Below are positions 25,342 through 38,300 of a stretch of DNA of 64,000 nt, piece by piece. Below the pieces are notes generated by a model, which worked only from the letters and a program-made list of their open reading frames with translations, was not told where the DNA came from and searched no databases. Location: the NCBI RefSeq assembly GCF_035594765.1, contig NC_085842.1:297895749-297959748 (forward strand). The letters run 5' to 3'. Every line of letters begins with the position of its first letter. The stretch's first letter is position 1. A program made the position numbers and the translations under genes. The DNA comes from Anolis carolinensis (Eukaryota).

Positions 25342-25473
25342 CAGTGGTTCTCAACCTATGGGTCCCCAGATGTTTTGCCCTTCAACTTCCAGAAATCCTA
25401 ACAGCTGTTAAACTGGCTGGGATTTCTAGGAGTGGACCAAAACACCTGGGGACCCACAGGTTGAGAACCATTG
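25342..25473. mobile_element. hAT-type MITE
   Basis: TIRs CAGTGGTTCTCAACCT / AGGTTGAGAACCATTG; 8-bp TSD CCCTAATG/CCCAAATG. Confidence 0.85.
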
Positions 25474-25968
25474 CCCAAATGCAAAGCCATTCCTGCATCA
25501 AAGTGCTGGAGGACCTAGAGTTTCCTAAAAAGAGCCTATTAATCCACAAATTAATCAAATCTGTCAAAGGTAACCTGCAATGTGGAGGCCCAGCTCTGAT
25601 TAATTTAGTAGCTGATGTGGGATTCTGAGCAGTATATTTCTTCCTACACTACTAGGAATAGCCAGTAGATGTCAGTAGAAGTGCTACTGTCGAAATAAAC
25701 TCAAGGGCAAAACATACACTTTCTGTACTTTAAAAAAATTGGAAAGTTGTGCTGATTTTTAAAAGTTTCCATAGTCAAACTGAAAATGGCGCTTGGTTCC
25801 ATAGCAACTCAAATAAATATTGTGTGTAAAATAAAATGTTTAGCTGGCATAAGGAAATGTACCAGACAGATGTGAAATTGGGCAACAAAAATGCAGATTT
25901 ATTTTGAATTTACTCCAGCACATCCATTTTTACTGAAACACAACCACTTCATCATCAATGTTTCTATC

Positions 25969-26802
25969 TGTCACGACCCAGGCTGCAGAGCACCAATAAG
26001 AAATATTAAGGTCCAAAGTTGTAATCCAATAACCGAAACACTCACTTTGCCAAGCAAAGTGAGGGGAGATGACAAGGTCCTTTAGTCCATGAAACTTGAG
26101 CGAGGCTAGGAAATAACTTGATACTTGAAACAAGGCTTGAACGTGGAACAAGGTAACTAAGAACAAGAACAAGGTCCGTGGAATAACTTGATAAAATCCG
26201 TGGAACAAGGCAAGGATTGATCCTGGGAAACAAGGCAAAGTCCGTAGATAAACAAAGGCTGGGAAGCAAGGCGAAGGCTGGATAGCAAGGCAAGGCTTGA
26301 GCAGGAGCGAGGCTTGAATCGGAGCGCGCTGTCCAGACACAACTCGCTCCGTAGGCTGACGAATTGACTCCGCGAAGTTACTACGCGGGTAAAACACCTA
26401 AATAGAGTCTAACTTTCCCGCCGAAACAGTTCTCTGGGAATCAGAACCGAAAGCTAAACTCTGAGACCAGATGTGAGACTCCCCAAAGATTCTCACGAGA
26501 AGCAGTCTTAATTGGCCACATTCTTAGCTGCAATCCTCGCACTCCTGCGCGAAGCTGATTCCAAACTTCTCTGTTGTTTACAAAACTCCCGGCGCAAGAA
26601 CACGGGAGAAGTAGGCTCTGGGCTTGTTTGACATACTTCTGGGAGACAACTTTCTTGCAGGTGCAAGGTTCCCAGATCTGCCTGGGAAAGATCTGGCTGA
26701 GAGGAATCCAGTTCAGACTGGGAAGGTAAAAAACCCAAGTTTTCATCTTCATCAGGAATTACAATGTCCTGAGCAGGACTACAAGGCCCATGGGTCATCA
26801 CA
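25969..26802 (-). repeat. 3' LTR of Gypsy element
   Basis: Direct repeat of 31274-32107; no differences noticed. Confidence 0.95.
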
Positions 26803-29800
26803 CTATCCCCCTCCCCAAGGCCCCTCCCAAACTGGGGCCCTCTCCCCGAGGCGCGAGGTCGCGGTTTGGTGGGATAGGTCTGATGAAAGCGACGGGTTAG
26901 ATCAGGAGCATGGACTGTGGAGGCGTCTTCCCAAGAGCGTTCCTCAGGGCCAAAACCCACCCAGTCAATGAGATATTGTAGGCGGCGGCGGTGAAAGCGA
27001 GAATCCAAAATGTCCTCAACCTCGAACTCCTCCTCCCCATTCATCAAAACAGGAGGGGGGGCCGGTTGGTCTGTATCAGGTCGCACACCATCCGCCGGAA
27101 GGAGCAGGGAACGGTGAAACACTGGGTGAATGCGCATTGAACGCGGAAGTTGGAGTTTGAAAGTCACGGGGTTTAATTGCGCCACCACTGGATAGGGGCC
27201 AATGAAACGGGCATCTAACTTCCGGCAAGGGCGGTGGGAGGGCAGAAAGCGAGTGGACAGGAAAACCCGATCTCCTACCTTGATTTCGAGGCCCGGCTGG
27301 CGATGTTTGTCAGCGTGGCGTTTATAGTCCTCCTTGGCTTGGTCCAGTTGCTGGAGCAAAAGTTGTTGCACCGCTGTGAGTTCCTGCAGCCAATCCTCTG
27401 CTGCGGGAACTTCTGAAGTTTCAATGACAGGGGGGAAGAAACGTGGATGGAAGCCGTAGTTTGCAAAGAACGGCGTTTCTTTTGTAGAAGCTTGAACTCC
27501 ATTGTTGTAGGCAAACTCAGACAGTGGTAACAGAGAAGCCCAATTGTCCTGTTGGTAGTTTACATAACAGCGAAGATACTGCTCCAAAGTGGCATTGGTG
27601 CGCTCCGTTTGCCCATCTGTTTGGGGATGATGAGCTGAAGATAAGCGAGAGTCTATGCCCAATAGTTTTTGTAGTGCCTTCCAAAAACGAGAGGTGAATT
27701 GAGATCCACGGTCTGTGACTAAACTCTTGGGCAATCCATGTAGTCTGAAAACATGTTGAAGAAATAGATCCGCAGTTTCTTTGGCCGTGGGGAGGCCTTC
27801 GCAGGGAATGAAATGGGCTAACTTGGTGAAAAGGTCCACCACCACTAGGATCGTGGTGAATCCACAGGAAGGTGGTAGGTCAGTGATGAAATCCGCGGAA
27901 ATTATTTCCCATGGGCGAGATGGGGTAGGAAGGGGGTGTAAAAGCCCTGAGGGCTTCTCCCTTCGTATCTTGGAGCGCTGGCATACTGGGCAGGTGTTGA
28001 CATATTTTTCCACATCCTTGCGGATCTTGGGCCACCAAAAATCCCTTAGGATCAAATGCATAGTTTTAAATAGTCCGAAGTGTCCTGCTGGTTTGCAGTC
28101 ATGACACAGACGAAGCGCTTTTTCCCTGCCCGGTCCGGGTGGGATATAAACATGATTTCTATAGCAGAGCAGCCCATCTTTAAGCGAAAAGGGAAAATGC
28201 AGACCTTGGCGAAGTTGGTCCTGCGCCCAGGCATCTGCTTGCTGACTAGCCCTGATTTCTTGAGCACAGATGGGTCCTGGAGTAGGGGAAGTTGAACCAA
28301 TGGGAATGGATTTGGTGTTCCCCACCGTGAGCGTGGCAAAGTTCTCGGGTTGTAGCAGTTGGGATTCAAAGGTCTCCTTGCGTCCTGCAGCGTATTCCGG
28401 TTTACGTGACAGGGCGTCTGCTTGCTTGGTTTGGGCTGGGGTCACATAATGGATCTGGAAGTTGAAACGTTCAAAGAATAAAGCCCAACGTTGCTGCCTC
28501 TGATTTAGTTTGCGGGCAGTTCTTAGATGTTCTAGATTACGATGATCAGTGTGGACTTCAATGGGAAATTTGGCCCCTTCTAGCCAATGTCTCCAAGTTT
28601 CAAAGGCTGCCTTTATGGCCAGTAGTTCTTTTTCCCAAATGGTGTAATTCCTCTCTGGTGTGGTTAGTTGACGAGAATAAAAGGCACAGGGATGGAGGTG
28701 ATCTCCCACCGGTTGTAAGAGTACAGCCCCAATTGCCACATCAGAGGCGTCCGCTTGCACCACAAAAGGGGTTCCAGGATTTGGGTGCTGTAGAATTGGC
28801 TGGGAGGTGAATAGTTTCTTTAGTTGCTGGAACCCTTTCTCTGCTTGATCAGTCCAGCGGAAAGGCTGCTTTCCACGGATGCAGCTAGTGATGGGGTCGG
28901 ACCAGCGGGCAAAATCTGGAATGAACTTGCGGTAATAGTTCGCGAACCCCAAGAAACGCTGCACCTCTTTCTTGTTAGTTGGCGCCCGCCATTCCAATAC
29001 TGCTGAAACCTTGGCTGGATCCATGGAAAGCCCTAGAGGCGAGATGCGGTAACCAAGGAAATCTACCTCTTGTAGATCAAAGGCGCATTTTTCCAGCTTG
29101 GCATAAAGTCCATGATCCCGCAATCGTTGTAACACCATTTTGACGTGGTTCTCATGTTCTGATTGTGATCTAGAAAACACCAAAAAATCGTCCAGGTAGA
29201 TTATCAAGAACCTGTCTAGATAGTCCTGAAAAATGTCATTGACAAAATGCTGGAACGTTGCGGGGGCTCCGCATAAACCGAAATTCATAACTCGGGACTC
29301 AAATAATCCGAATTTGGTCTGGAAGGCGGTCTTCCACTCGTCCCCTTCCCTGATGCGAACTAAGTTGTAAGCCCCCCGAAGATCCAGCTTGGTGTAAACC
29401 TTGGCTCCTCGAAGCCGATCCAGTAGATCCGAGATTAAGGGCAGGGGATAGCTGTTCCGCTTGGTGATATTGTTCAATGCTCTGTAGTCCACCACCAAGC
29501 GTAGTTCCCCTGACTTCTTCTTCACAAACATCACTGGGGAGGCGGCTGGGGATTGAGAGGGTCTGATGAATCCCTTGCGAAGGTTTGTCTCTAGGAATTC
29601 CCTGAGAGCTTCTTGCTCTGGTTCAGTCAGGGAGTAGAGATGCCCTCGCGGGATCGGGGCCCCCTCCACCAAGTCAATGGCACAGTCATAAGGTCTATGT
29701 GGGGGTAATTTTTCGGCTTCTTTCTCATTGAATACATCCCAATACTCGGAGTACTTCTTTGGCAAGGTGATGATGGGCTCGGTGTCTGTGGCATGGCATA

Positions 29801-30270
29801 CCTTGGCTACGAGGCAATGGTTTTGGCAGTACGGTGAAGCAAACTGCAGTTCTCTGTTGGACCAGGAGATGTTAGGGTCGTGGAGAGTCAGCCATGGAAT
29901 TCCCAAAATCACAGGGAAATGGGGGACCTCGGTAACAAAGAAGGAAATCTCTTCCATATGTTCCCTTATCCACATCCTGGTGGGTTCCGACCACTGACTT
30001 ACGGGGCCCGTCTTGAGGGGGCGGCCGTCTATGGCTTGCACCACACGGGCATTCTTGAAATCATGATATTGTAATCCCAGAGAGTCGGCATACTCTCTAT
30101 CGATGAAATTGTTGGTAGCTCCAGAGTCTATCATGGCGTGGATCATGACGGGTCCCCTTTTTGCTGACCATAATGTGACCACGAGAAGGAACAGGACCCC
30201 GGTTGGCGGCTCTTGGATGGATTTTTTGACCGGGTTGGCGAGCCTCTCTACACCCGGTCGTTGGCTTCCC
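26508..30270 (-). CDS. Gypsy pol (PR-RT-RH-IN-chromodomain), -1 frame relative to gag
   Basis: MIDSGA protease, YLDD RT, ADASD RNase H, HHCC plus DDE integrase, GPY, chromodomain EFEVEDILDSR..QYLIDWVGFG..SWE; frame open from about 30290. Confidence 0.95.
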
Positions 30271-31231
30271 CCGCCGGCTGTGTGCCAGTCGGCTCAGACG
30301 CCTTCGTCTCCGTGGAGGACGCCGCCGCAAGACGGGCGGCAGGCTTCCCTTTGGCTGGGCACTCTCTGGCGAAGTGGCCCCCGTTCCCGCAGTACCAGCA
30401 GAGGTTTAAGCGTTGACGACGGGCCTTCTCGGCGGCATCTAGTCTGGGACGCACATTGCCCAACTGCATCGGCACCTCCTCGCCTCCTCTGGGGTATGGG
30501 GTTGGCGGTGGGGGTCTCCACACCGGACGTGGCTGAACGCTGGCGGGAGCGGGGGGTTTTGCCCCGGCTCTACTGCCCTGGCCTCGAACCCACTGTTTCC
30601 TGTTGGCAATCATGACTTCAGCCCGTAAACATTGATCAATGAGTGCCTCGAGGGTCTGGGGAGGATCCACCTTGGAGATTTCTTCCAGCATTTCAATGTT
30701 GAGACCCTCCCGGAATTGTCCCCTGAGGGCTACATCGTTCCAGCCGGTGTTGTGGGCCAGCACTCGGAACTCGGCTATATACTGAGACATAGGTCTGTCT
30801 CCTTGGAAAAGGCGACGGAGTTTGTGACCGGCTGCCTCCAAATTGTCCTCGATTCCCCAAGTCTCCTTGAGGTGGTCCAAGAAGTGTTGCGCTGATCTTA
30901 GGTGTGGAGAGGCTTGGTCGTACAGTGCCGTCGCCCAGCTGGCCGCTGGCCCGTCTAGAAGACTGTAAACCCATGCCACTTTGATGTCTTCTTGGGGAAA
31001 CTCGGCAGCACGGGCCTCTAGATAAGCTTGACATTGGCGACGGAAGACATGAACCTTAGAAGCTTCTCCAGTAAACTTGGTTGGCAACGCCATGGCCGGA
31101 AGACGAATTCCGCGTTCCTTCAAACCCCTTATTTCTCCATCCTGTGCATTGAGCTTATCACGGATTCGGTCCACCTCATCCTTGTCGATGGTGTAGGTAA
31201 TCGGCTGGCCGCTCGGCCCTCCGGTAGACAT
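30248..31231 (-). CDS. Gypsy gag (327 aa, sushi/PEG10-like capsid, CCHC knuckle)
   Basis: LPTKFTG, QGDRPMSQYIAEF, CWYCGNGGHFAREC. Confidence 0.93.
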   Translation of the reverse strand: MSTGGPSGQPITYTIDKDEVDRIRDKLNAQDGEIRGLKERGIRLPAMALPTKFTGEASKVHVFRRQCQAYLEARAAEFPQEDIKVAWVYSLLDGPAASWATALYDQASPHLRSAQHFLDHLKETWGIEDNLEAAGHKLRRLFQGDRPMSQYIAEFRVLAHNTGWNDVALRGQFREGLNIEMLEEISKVDPPQTLEALIDQCLRAEVMIANRKQWVRGQGSRAGAKPPAPASVQPRPVWRPPPPTPYPRGGEEVPMQLGNVRPRLDAAEKARRQRLNLCWYCGNGGHFARECPAKGKPAARLAAASSTETKASEPTGTQPAGEANDRV

Positions 31232-31273
31232 TCTGGCCGAGGTTAATTGGTGCTTAGGGTGGCGGAGTCAAAC

Positions 31274-32107
31274 TGTCACGACCCAGGCTGCAGAGCACCA
31301 ATAAGAAATATTAAGGTCCAAAGTTGTAATCCAATAACCGAAACACTCACTTTGCCAAGCAAAGTGAGGGGAGATGACAAGGTCCTTTAGTCCATGAAAC
31401 TTGAGCGAGGCTAGGAAATAACTTGATACTTGAAACAAGGCTTGAACGTGGAACAAGGTAACTAAGAACAAGAACAAGGTCCGTGGAATAACTTGATAAA
31501 ATCCGTGGAACAAGGCAAGGATTGATCCTGGGAAACAAGGCAAAGTCCGTAGATAAACAAAGGCTGGGAAGCAAGGCGAAGGCTGGATAGCAAGGCAAGG
31601 CTTGAGCAGGAGCGAGGCTTGAATCGGAGCGCGCTGTCCAGACACAACTCGCTCCGTAGGCTGACGAATTGACTCCGCGAAGTTACTACGCGGGTAAAAC
31701 ACCTAAATAGAGTCTAACTTTCCCGCCGAAACAGTTCTCTGGGAATCAGAACCGAAAGCTAAACTCTGAGACCAGATGTGAGACTCCCCAAAGATTCTCA
31801 CGAGAAGCAGTCTTAATTGGCCACATTCTTAGCTGCAATCCTCGCACTCCTGCGCGAAGCTGATTCCAAACTTCTCTGTTGTTTACAAAACTCCCGGCGC
31901 AAGAACACGGGAGAAGTAGGCTCTGGGCTTGTTTGACATACTTCTGGGAGACAACTTTCTTGCAGGTGCAAGGTTCCCAGATCTGCCTGGGAAAGATCTG
32001 GCTGAGAGGAATCCAGTTCAGACTGGGAAGGTAAAAAACCCAAGTTTTCATCTTCATCAGGAATTACAATGTCCTGAGCAGGACTACAAGGCCCATGGGT
32101 CATCACA
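31274..32107 (-). repeat. 5' LTR of Gypsy element
   Basis: Direct repeat of 25969-26802; TATTTA at 31709-31704. Confidence 0.95.
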
Positions 32108-34827
32108 CTATCATTCGGGAACAAAGTGCAAAATATACATATATGGAGGCAAAACTCACACTCAAGCATCTCTTGCTGAAAGGAAACAATTTGTACATCA
32201 TGTGGAGAAGCACACAATTCTAGTATGTGCACAAAATCCACTGGGATGAAATGCAGAGGGTTTGATTTGCATCAATGCTAGCTTTCTGGTCGCTTGCCCA
32301 ATATTGGGGAAAGTTTTAAAGTTGTTCACTCAAGTAGTACAATTTCCTCTTTGCAAATTAATAACACCAATGCTACATTTATGAAAATTGTCCTGAGTTT
32401 CATTATATGTTGCATTGTTAGCAAAAGTATATATAAAATAAATACAGGTTTTCTTGCAGGTTGGATTAAAGGCATCTTCCAAGATTACTGGCATGTATTA
32501 GTCTTACAGGTGCTTTCTGAGAAATTTTTGTCTCATTGTTTTCAGTGAAATTTAGTTTTCTGTTTTAGTTTTCATGCCCCTACATGAAACACTGTTCTTT
32601 ATTCTTTACTGTTATCATAGAAAATAATTATTTGCTTTGACATGGTGGTTTTCCGCACAAGGTAAAATGTTTTTTTTTAAAGCCAATTGCCCAAACCTGA
32701 AGTCCAAATTCCTAGTCTTCAAATTATAATAAACACAGCAATCTATTATGGACATTCAGCCTATTAATTGGAAATGTTTTGCCTTTGGCATGAGACCCCT
32801 GCAAAAGTAGAAAAACTGCAGGAAAATTGTGTTGTTTTTTTAAAACTTGAAAGAACATGTCTCTAGGTCCTCCATCATGACTCCATGCATAGTTAACTTC
32901 TGTTAGAAGCTGACCATAAGGATCGCACTGGACCACATACAGATGCCCAAAGAAGTGTCTCTGTTGAAATCTTTTGGTTTTTCAATACAACTTGATGCTC
33001 ATCTTCCAGTAGAAGTTGACCATAGAGTTGTGCTGGAGGACCTAAAGACTTCTAGAGAAAGCATATCAATCAAATCTGTAAACAAGCAAATCCACAAAAG
33101 TTAAAATCAAGAAATGTGAAGGGCCAACTATAATCAAATAGTGTGCAACTGTTTTAAACAGATGGGCATAATGTAAACAAAGGTGAAATTTAAATGTGGC
33201 ATTTGGAATCTGTGTAGGAGACAGTAAGGTAACCCGCGTCTTCACCTTTATCTTAACAGCTGCGTTTCATTGCTGCTGCTGTTGTGATGCTTCACTCTGT
33301 TTTATATTCCTAGAGAGACACATAAAACTAGTGCCTTATGGTATCATGTATTATCAAAAGGCATTTTAAAATATCAAAGTGAGCATATTATAAAACCTCT
33401 GTAGAAACATCAAATTGGCTGTAAAACTGTACATTTGTGCTAGCTGAAAAGTGCAATAAAACTATTGGTGATTAGAACCTTACTTGCTTATTGAGTCTTT
33501 GAAGGCCAATGTCTTATTGAGCAAGCAGAAGCTTGAGATGGGCATAATGCTTGTCTAACATGGAATCAGTCAGTTTGAGTCAAAAGTTGATCCAAAGGGA
33601 AAGTGATTTCCATAATGTGGCAACCAACTGACATCATAACAAACACACAAGACTTTATCCTGCACGTATCTATGGAATATGGCCTCAATCCAGCTACCCT
33701 TAGGTAGCAATGGGCTACTGTGCATATCATATAGTCATAGAATATCTAAAAGGCCCTCCATATGTTGCATTGTATCTTTGAGGCTTGTCACCAATCACCT
33801 CTGAGATCTAGCTCCTTATTTTCCCACTTTTCATCTCCAGAGGGGATGGGTAGGGCTACCTGTTCCCTAATATGTAGATATAAAAGTTTCCAAAGTGGAA
33901 CCAAGTGCATGATTTCATTTCTGGGGTTGGAAATACACACACAACTGAGGCCACAAATACAATAGGAAAAGTCACATAACAAGCTCAAACACATGGGGAA
34001 AATAATGTTCTAATCACAACCCCTGTCTGAATAGAATCTATAATGACACAGTATATTTTGGCACAGAAGACAGCTGTGGTCCTCCAGTTGTTTTTTGGCC
34101 TTCAACTCCCATGACCCCTAACCAACATGGTCAATGGTGAAGGATTATGAAAGATGCAGCACAAACCCATCTAGAGAATTACAGTTGACCATCTCTGTTG
34201 TAAATTATGAGGAATGTTAAAATGTTCAATTCAGAAATGGAGGGCAATAAGTGGACTATTGGTGGTGCGTTAGACACATTTATGCCCATTCTATAATTCA
34301 AACAATTCTTTGGATTGTACATTCCAAATGAAAATATATGTTGTGTGTGGATAGTGAAGGTCTCCTATTGAAACAGGTTTGTTATCGATGAGAGAAAATA
34401 GTATAGTATTTCTGGCACTGATCAATAATTATTGATTCTGCTGATTCAAACAGCCTATTGCATTAGTGCAAGATATAACATGATTCCTATTTCACTCCAA
34501 TTCTCCTAAAGAATGTTTAGCACTCTGTCCATTTATGCTCCCAAATGGCATTACATTACATATCTTTGCACCTTTGCCTAGACAGCCCTCCTATTTTATT
34601 CACTTCATTACTAAATGGTGGTCATTTTATGTTATCATTTTATTTCTTAATATTCTTTATTGTTAATATTCTTTTACTGTATTACCTTGGTTTAATGTTT
34701 TTTTTAATCTATTTGAAGATGCTGTTTTTATATGTATTTTACCTTGCTCATTATTTATTCTTTGGGCTTGGCCCTGTGTTAGCCGCCATGAGTCCCTGTG
34801 GGGAGATGGAGGCGGGATAGAAAAATA

Positions 34828-34872
34828 GTTGTTGTTGTTGTTGTTGTTGTTATTATTATTATTATTATTATT
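34828..34872. repeat. (GTT)n(ATT)n microsatellite
   Basis: Direct inspection. Confidence 0.9.
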
Positions 34873-35277
34873 GGTTCTCCCAGAAGTGGTTGAATTGCAA
34901 CTCTTACCCACCTCCATCAGCATTACCTAGGGCAAGGAATTATGGGAGCTGCAGTGCCATGACACTCAGAAGGATCCACATGCTTGTACTCCTAATCTAT
35001 AGAAATTAATGCAATCCCAAAGTACACAGCAACACAAAATACTTTAAACCCTGTAAATAAAACCCCAAACCGACCAGCAGTCATTACTAAAATAAAATAG
35101 TACATGTAAAAATATTTTCATCTATAAAACAGATAAGACATTTTCATGGAAAAAAACAGGAGAAATAGAGTGAAACAGCACAATAATCTGTAAGGCACTC
35201 CCAAATAGTTGAACCAGTGTGGTTGCAAGCATTGCTTGTGGCTCAGGGCTGGTAGATGAGGACAATCTCGGCTGTAT

Positions 35278-35361
35278 TCAGTCCTTAGTGAGTTCCAAAG
35301 TTTCATCTACATCTTCCACATCCTTTCCCATCTTTTCATATTTCCTCTTGAAGAAACCAAG
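35278..35361 (-). CDS. ITGA2: ITGA2 exon 30 (cytoplasmic tail)
   Basis: [27 protein letters not shown]. Confidence 0.95.
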   Translation of the reverse strand, partial: LGFFKRKYEKMGKDVEDVDETLELTKD

Positions 35362-38300
35362 CTGTAAGAAAGTGTTTAAAGCACATAAATATGCTTTACA
35401 AATGTTTTAATGCGAATACGTATTTATGTGTGCAGTGCCTACATGTGAGTATTATGTATTACTTGCTACCTGAACCTATACAGTCCCTCTTTCACATTCC
35501 CTGGGGTTAGAGGCACAGGATCCCCATTAAAATTGAAAAACTGCAAATAAGGAAATTGCTATTTTTTTTAACCTGAAAGAATATCTTTATAAGAATTTTT
35601 GGATCTTCCAGCAAGACTCTATGGTCAACTTTCACTAGAAGCTGACTATATAATTGCATTGGAAAACCTAGAGAGATTTCTAGAGAGAGCATTTTAAAAT
35701 AAACTGGAGAATAATCAAATTGGCAAAAGTCACTGGAAATGTTGAGGAGTGGCTGTACTAGGCCATTAAAACAGACTTCTGTAGTTTTATTCAGATAGAG
35801 CACTTCACTATGTATGTCAGTACACTGCTAAACGATACTAAATTCTCCCCTTAATAAGGAGAATGGAAACTTTGGCCTCTATTTTAACTAACCACTGTTT
35901 GCTGTGAAATCAAAACAGAAAAACTGTGGTTAGTCTTCAATACAGAACCACATGTACAGATTCTATCTTGTTTACCTATGTCATAGGCAGGGCCGGCCGG
36001 AGATATTTTTTGATGTGAAGCGGGGGTGCTGAAAAGCGCCCCCGCCACCGGCGCCCTGGCCCCGCCCAGCGTGCCCAGCGATTGCGGCCTGGAGGGACCT
36101 CCGCTGAACTCTGGCCTGCTAGAAATGGCCAGACGGGCGAGCGGGGGTAGCGTGGGAGGCGGGGCCAGCTCTGACGCCGCTCCCCCCCCCGCCCAGCGTG
36201 CCTTGGCCCTGCCTCCCACGCAACGTGGGAGGCGGGGCCAGGGCACGCTGGGCGGGGGGGCAGGGCCAGAGCTGGCCCCGCCTCCCACGCTACCCCCGCT
36301 CGCCCGTCTGGCCATTTCTAGCAGGCCAGAGTTCAGCGGAGGTCCCTCCAGGCCTGATGACACAGGATCTCAGCCAGCAATTGAAGAATATTATAGACAC
36401 CAAATCTTGTCTGTTCCTGGCAGGTATGCCAGCTCTAGCTAGTATTTGGATAGAGGACCATCAATGAATACAGGATATTGTAGTAGGCTATATTTCAGAG
36501 GAAGGTGCTAGCAAAACCACCTATAAATAGTTTTTGCCTAAAACAACCCTATGAAACTCCTTAGATTGCCATGTGTTGTCAAGCAGTTTGACAGCACACT
36601 CTTAATCACACATGCAAGTGGAAAGATATGATGTAATTAACTTCTTAATATTTGTGTTTACTTACTTTCCATAAAGCAGCAATGAGAGCTACTAGCAAAA
36701 GCAGACCCACAAGGACACTTCCTATCACAACTCCAATGGGCACTTCTGCTTTTTCATCAGGATTTATTATTGTGACTGGGATCTGCAGAGAAAAAAACAA
36801 AACAAAATAAATGGAGCATAAAATTATTGTCGTGCCTTTTCAAAAGGCATTTTTTTGCAGGAGTTAAGTTGTGTGATGATAAAATTAAGAATAGCTGAAA
36901 TCTATCCCGTGGACTTTGAAATCTACCTAGGTACTTTTAAATTTTAAAAACATGCTATTTTTCTTTATTAAGTTTAAACATGATTTCTTCTAAATGATGT
37001 GCAAATTTTGACAATACATTTGTACAAAACTGACATTTTTCACCCCCCAGTGGTAAACATAACTGGTATGTTTCCCAAAAACATTGGTAGAATCTAAACA
37101 GGTCTGATTCTTCAAAGATTCTTCATTATATGGCCTTGGTCTCAAAAATCCCAGGTTGGTTTTTGTGGGCTTTTATTTGTGGAAATAAAGTGGGAAATGG
37201 ACAAATAGATAAGAGGATTTGCTCTATTTCTAGTTTGTTTCCTAGACATTGATGTAAATCCTGAACTGAACTTAAAGAACAATGGTATCTGATGATAAAT
37301 GCAGGTGCTTCCATTGGCTTTTAAAAGCATTTTAGAGTTTTTAAAATACAAAATGAGTTTCAAAAACCTAGAAAATATTTCATTTAAATGAAAAAGTCTG
37401 TAAAGAGCTACAGTTAAATGCAATTTAAAAGTCTGGCACAATTTAATTTCATGACATCTTGCTGGAAATTGCTGGAAATCTTCTATTATCATTGTATGGG
37501 TTTGGGTATGGATATATGCATAGATTTCACTTTGTGTATCTTCCAAAATTGTTGTGACAAAATGAAATAATTTTCAGCACTACTCTCCTCAAACGGCCGA
37601 CTAAAGGCAAATCTGTATTTTGAGTAAAAGGATTTTTAAGAATTTCCTTTCGTTGATGAACAAATAAATAAGATCACATTATTTTTTGTGTATTTTAAAA
37701 ATATTCATACTTAATTTGCACAGAAACCTTGTTTTGTGACCAAAATAACATTTGGCACAGAAAAAAATGTGTTTTGTGCTGAACAACAGTTTATTGTACT
37801 AATTATTTGTTTTTTCTGTCCCAAAATGTGAAAAACCTCGTCCTGGTTAATTATTTTATCTACTGGAACAACGAGGACTCAGGGACACAAGGCTCCACAC
37901 AGTATTTGAGTGAAGAGGAGTTTTATTATGGGATGGGCCTTGACTCTCCCAACAGCATTTTTCTCTTAAGGATAAATCTCCAGAACAGCTGGCTGTGGGA
38001 AGGGTGTTTCAGCTGCAGTCATTAACTGTTTTTAAGCAATGCCACCAGGAAGCTGGTGACTTTGGAGGTTTTCTTCAAATTAATCAAACTTTCACCAAAC
38101 AAATTAGATGGTGGGGGCAGAAAAGAGTGTGTGGTGGTTGGAGCGTTTAATTATGACCCTGGAAACCAAATCCCTTCTTGGCCATGGAAATCCATTGGGC
38201 AATCTTGGGATAGTTACACCCTCTCAGTTTCAGAGGAAGCCAAAGACAACCCTCCCCTGAATGAATCATGCCAAGAACAGCTTAGGTTTGCCTTAACTTT

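Larger units (their letters stand above)
25969..32107 (-). mobile_element. Full-length Ty3/Gypsy chromovirus (Tf1/sushi group) LTR retrotransposon
   Basis: 834-bp TG...CA LTRs, 5-bp TSD CTATC, PPT about 26803-26816, uninterrupted gag and pol. Confidence 0.97.

Noticed and set aside
26080-26310. CRISPR-like short repeats (CAAGG..GTGGAA)
   Set aside because: Degenerate tandem repeats inside the LTR of a eukaryotic retrotransposon; no unique spacers or cas genes
35884-36467. Mirror-image ORFs on both strands
   Set aside because: Artefact of the GC-rich palindrome
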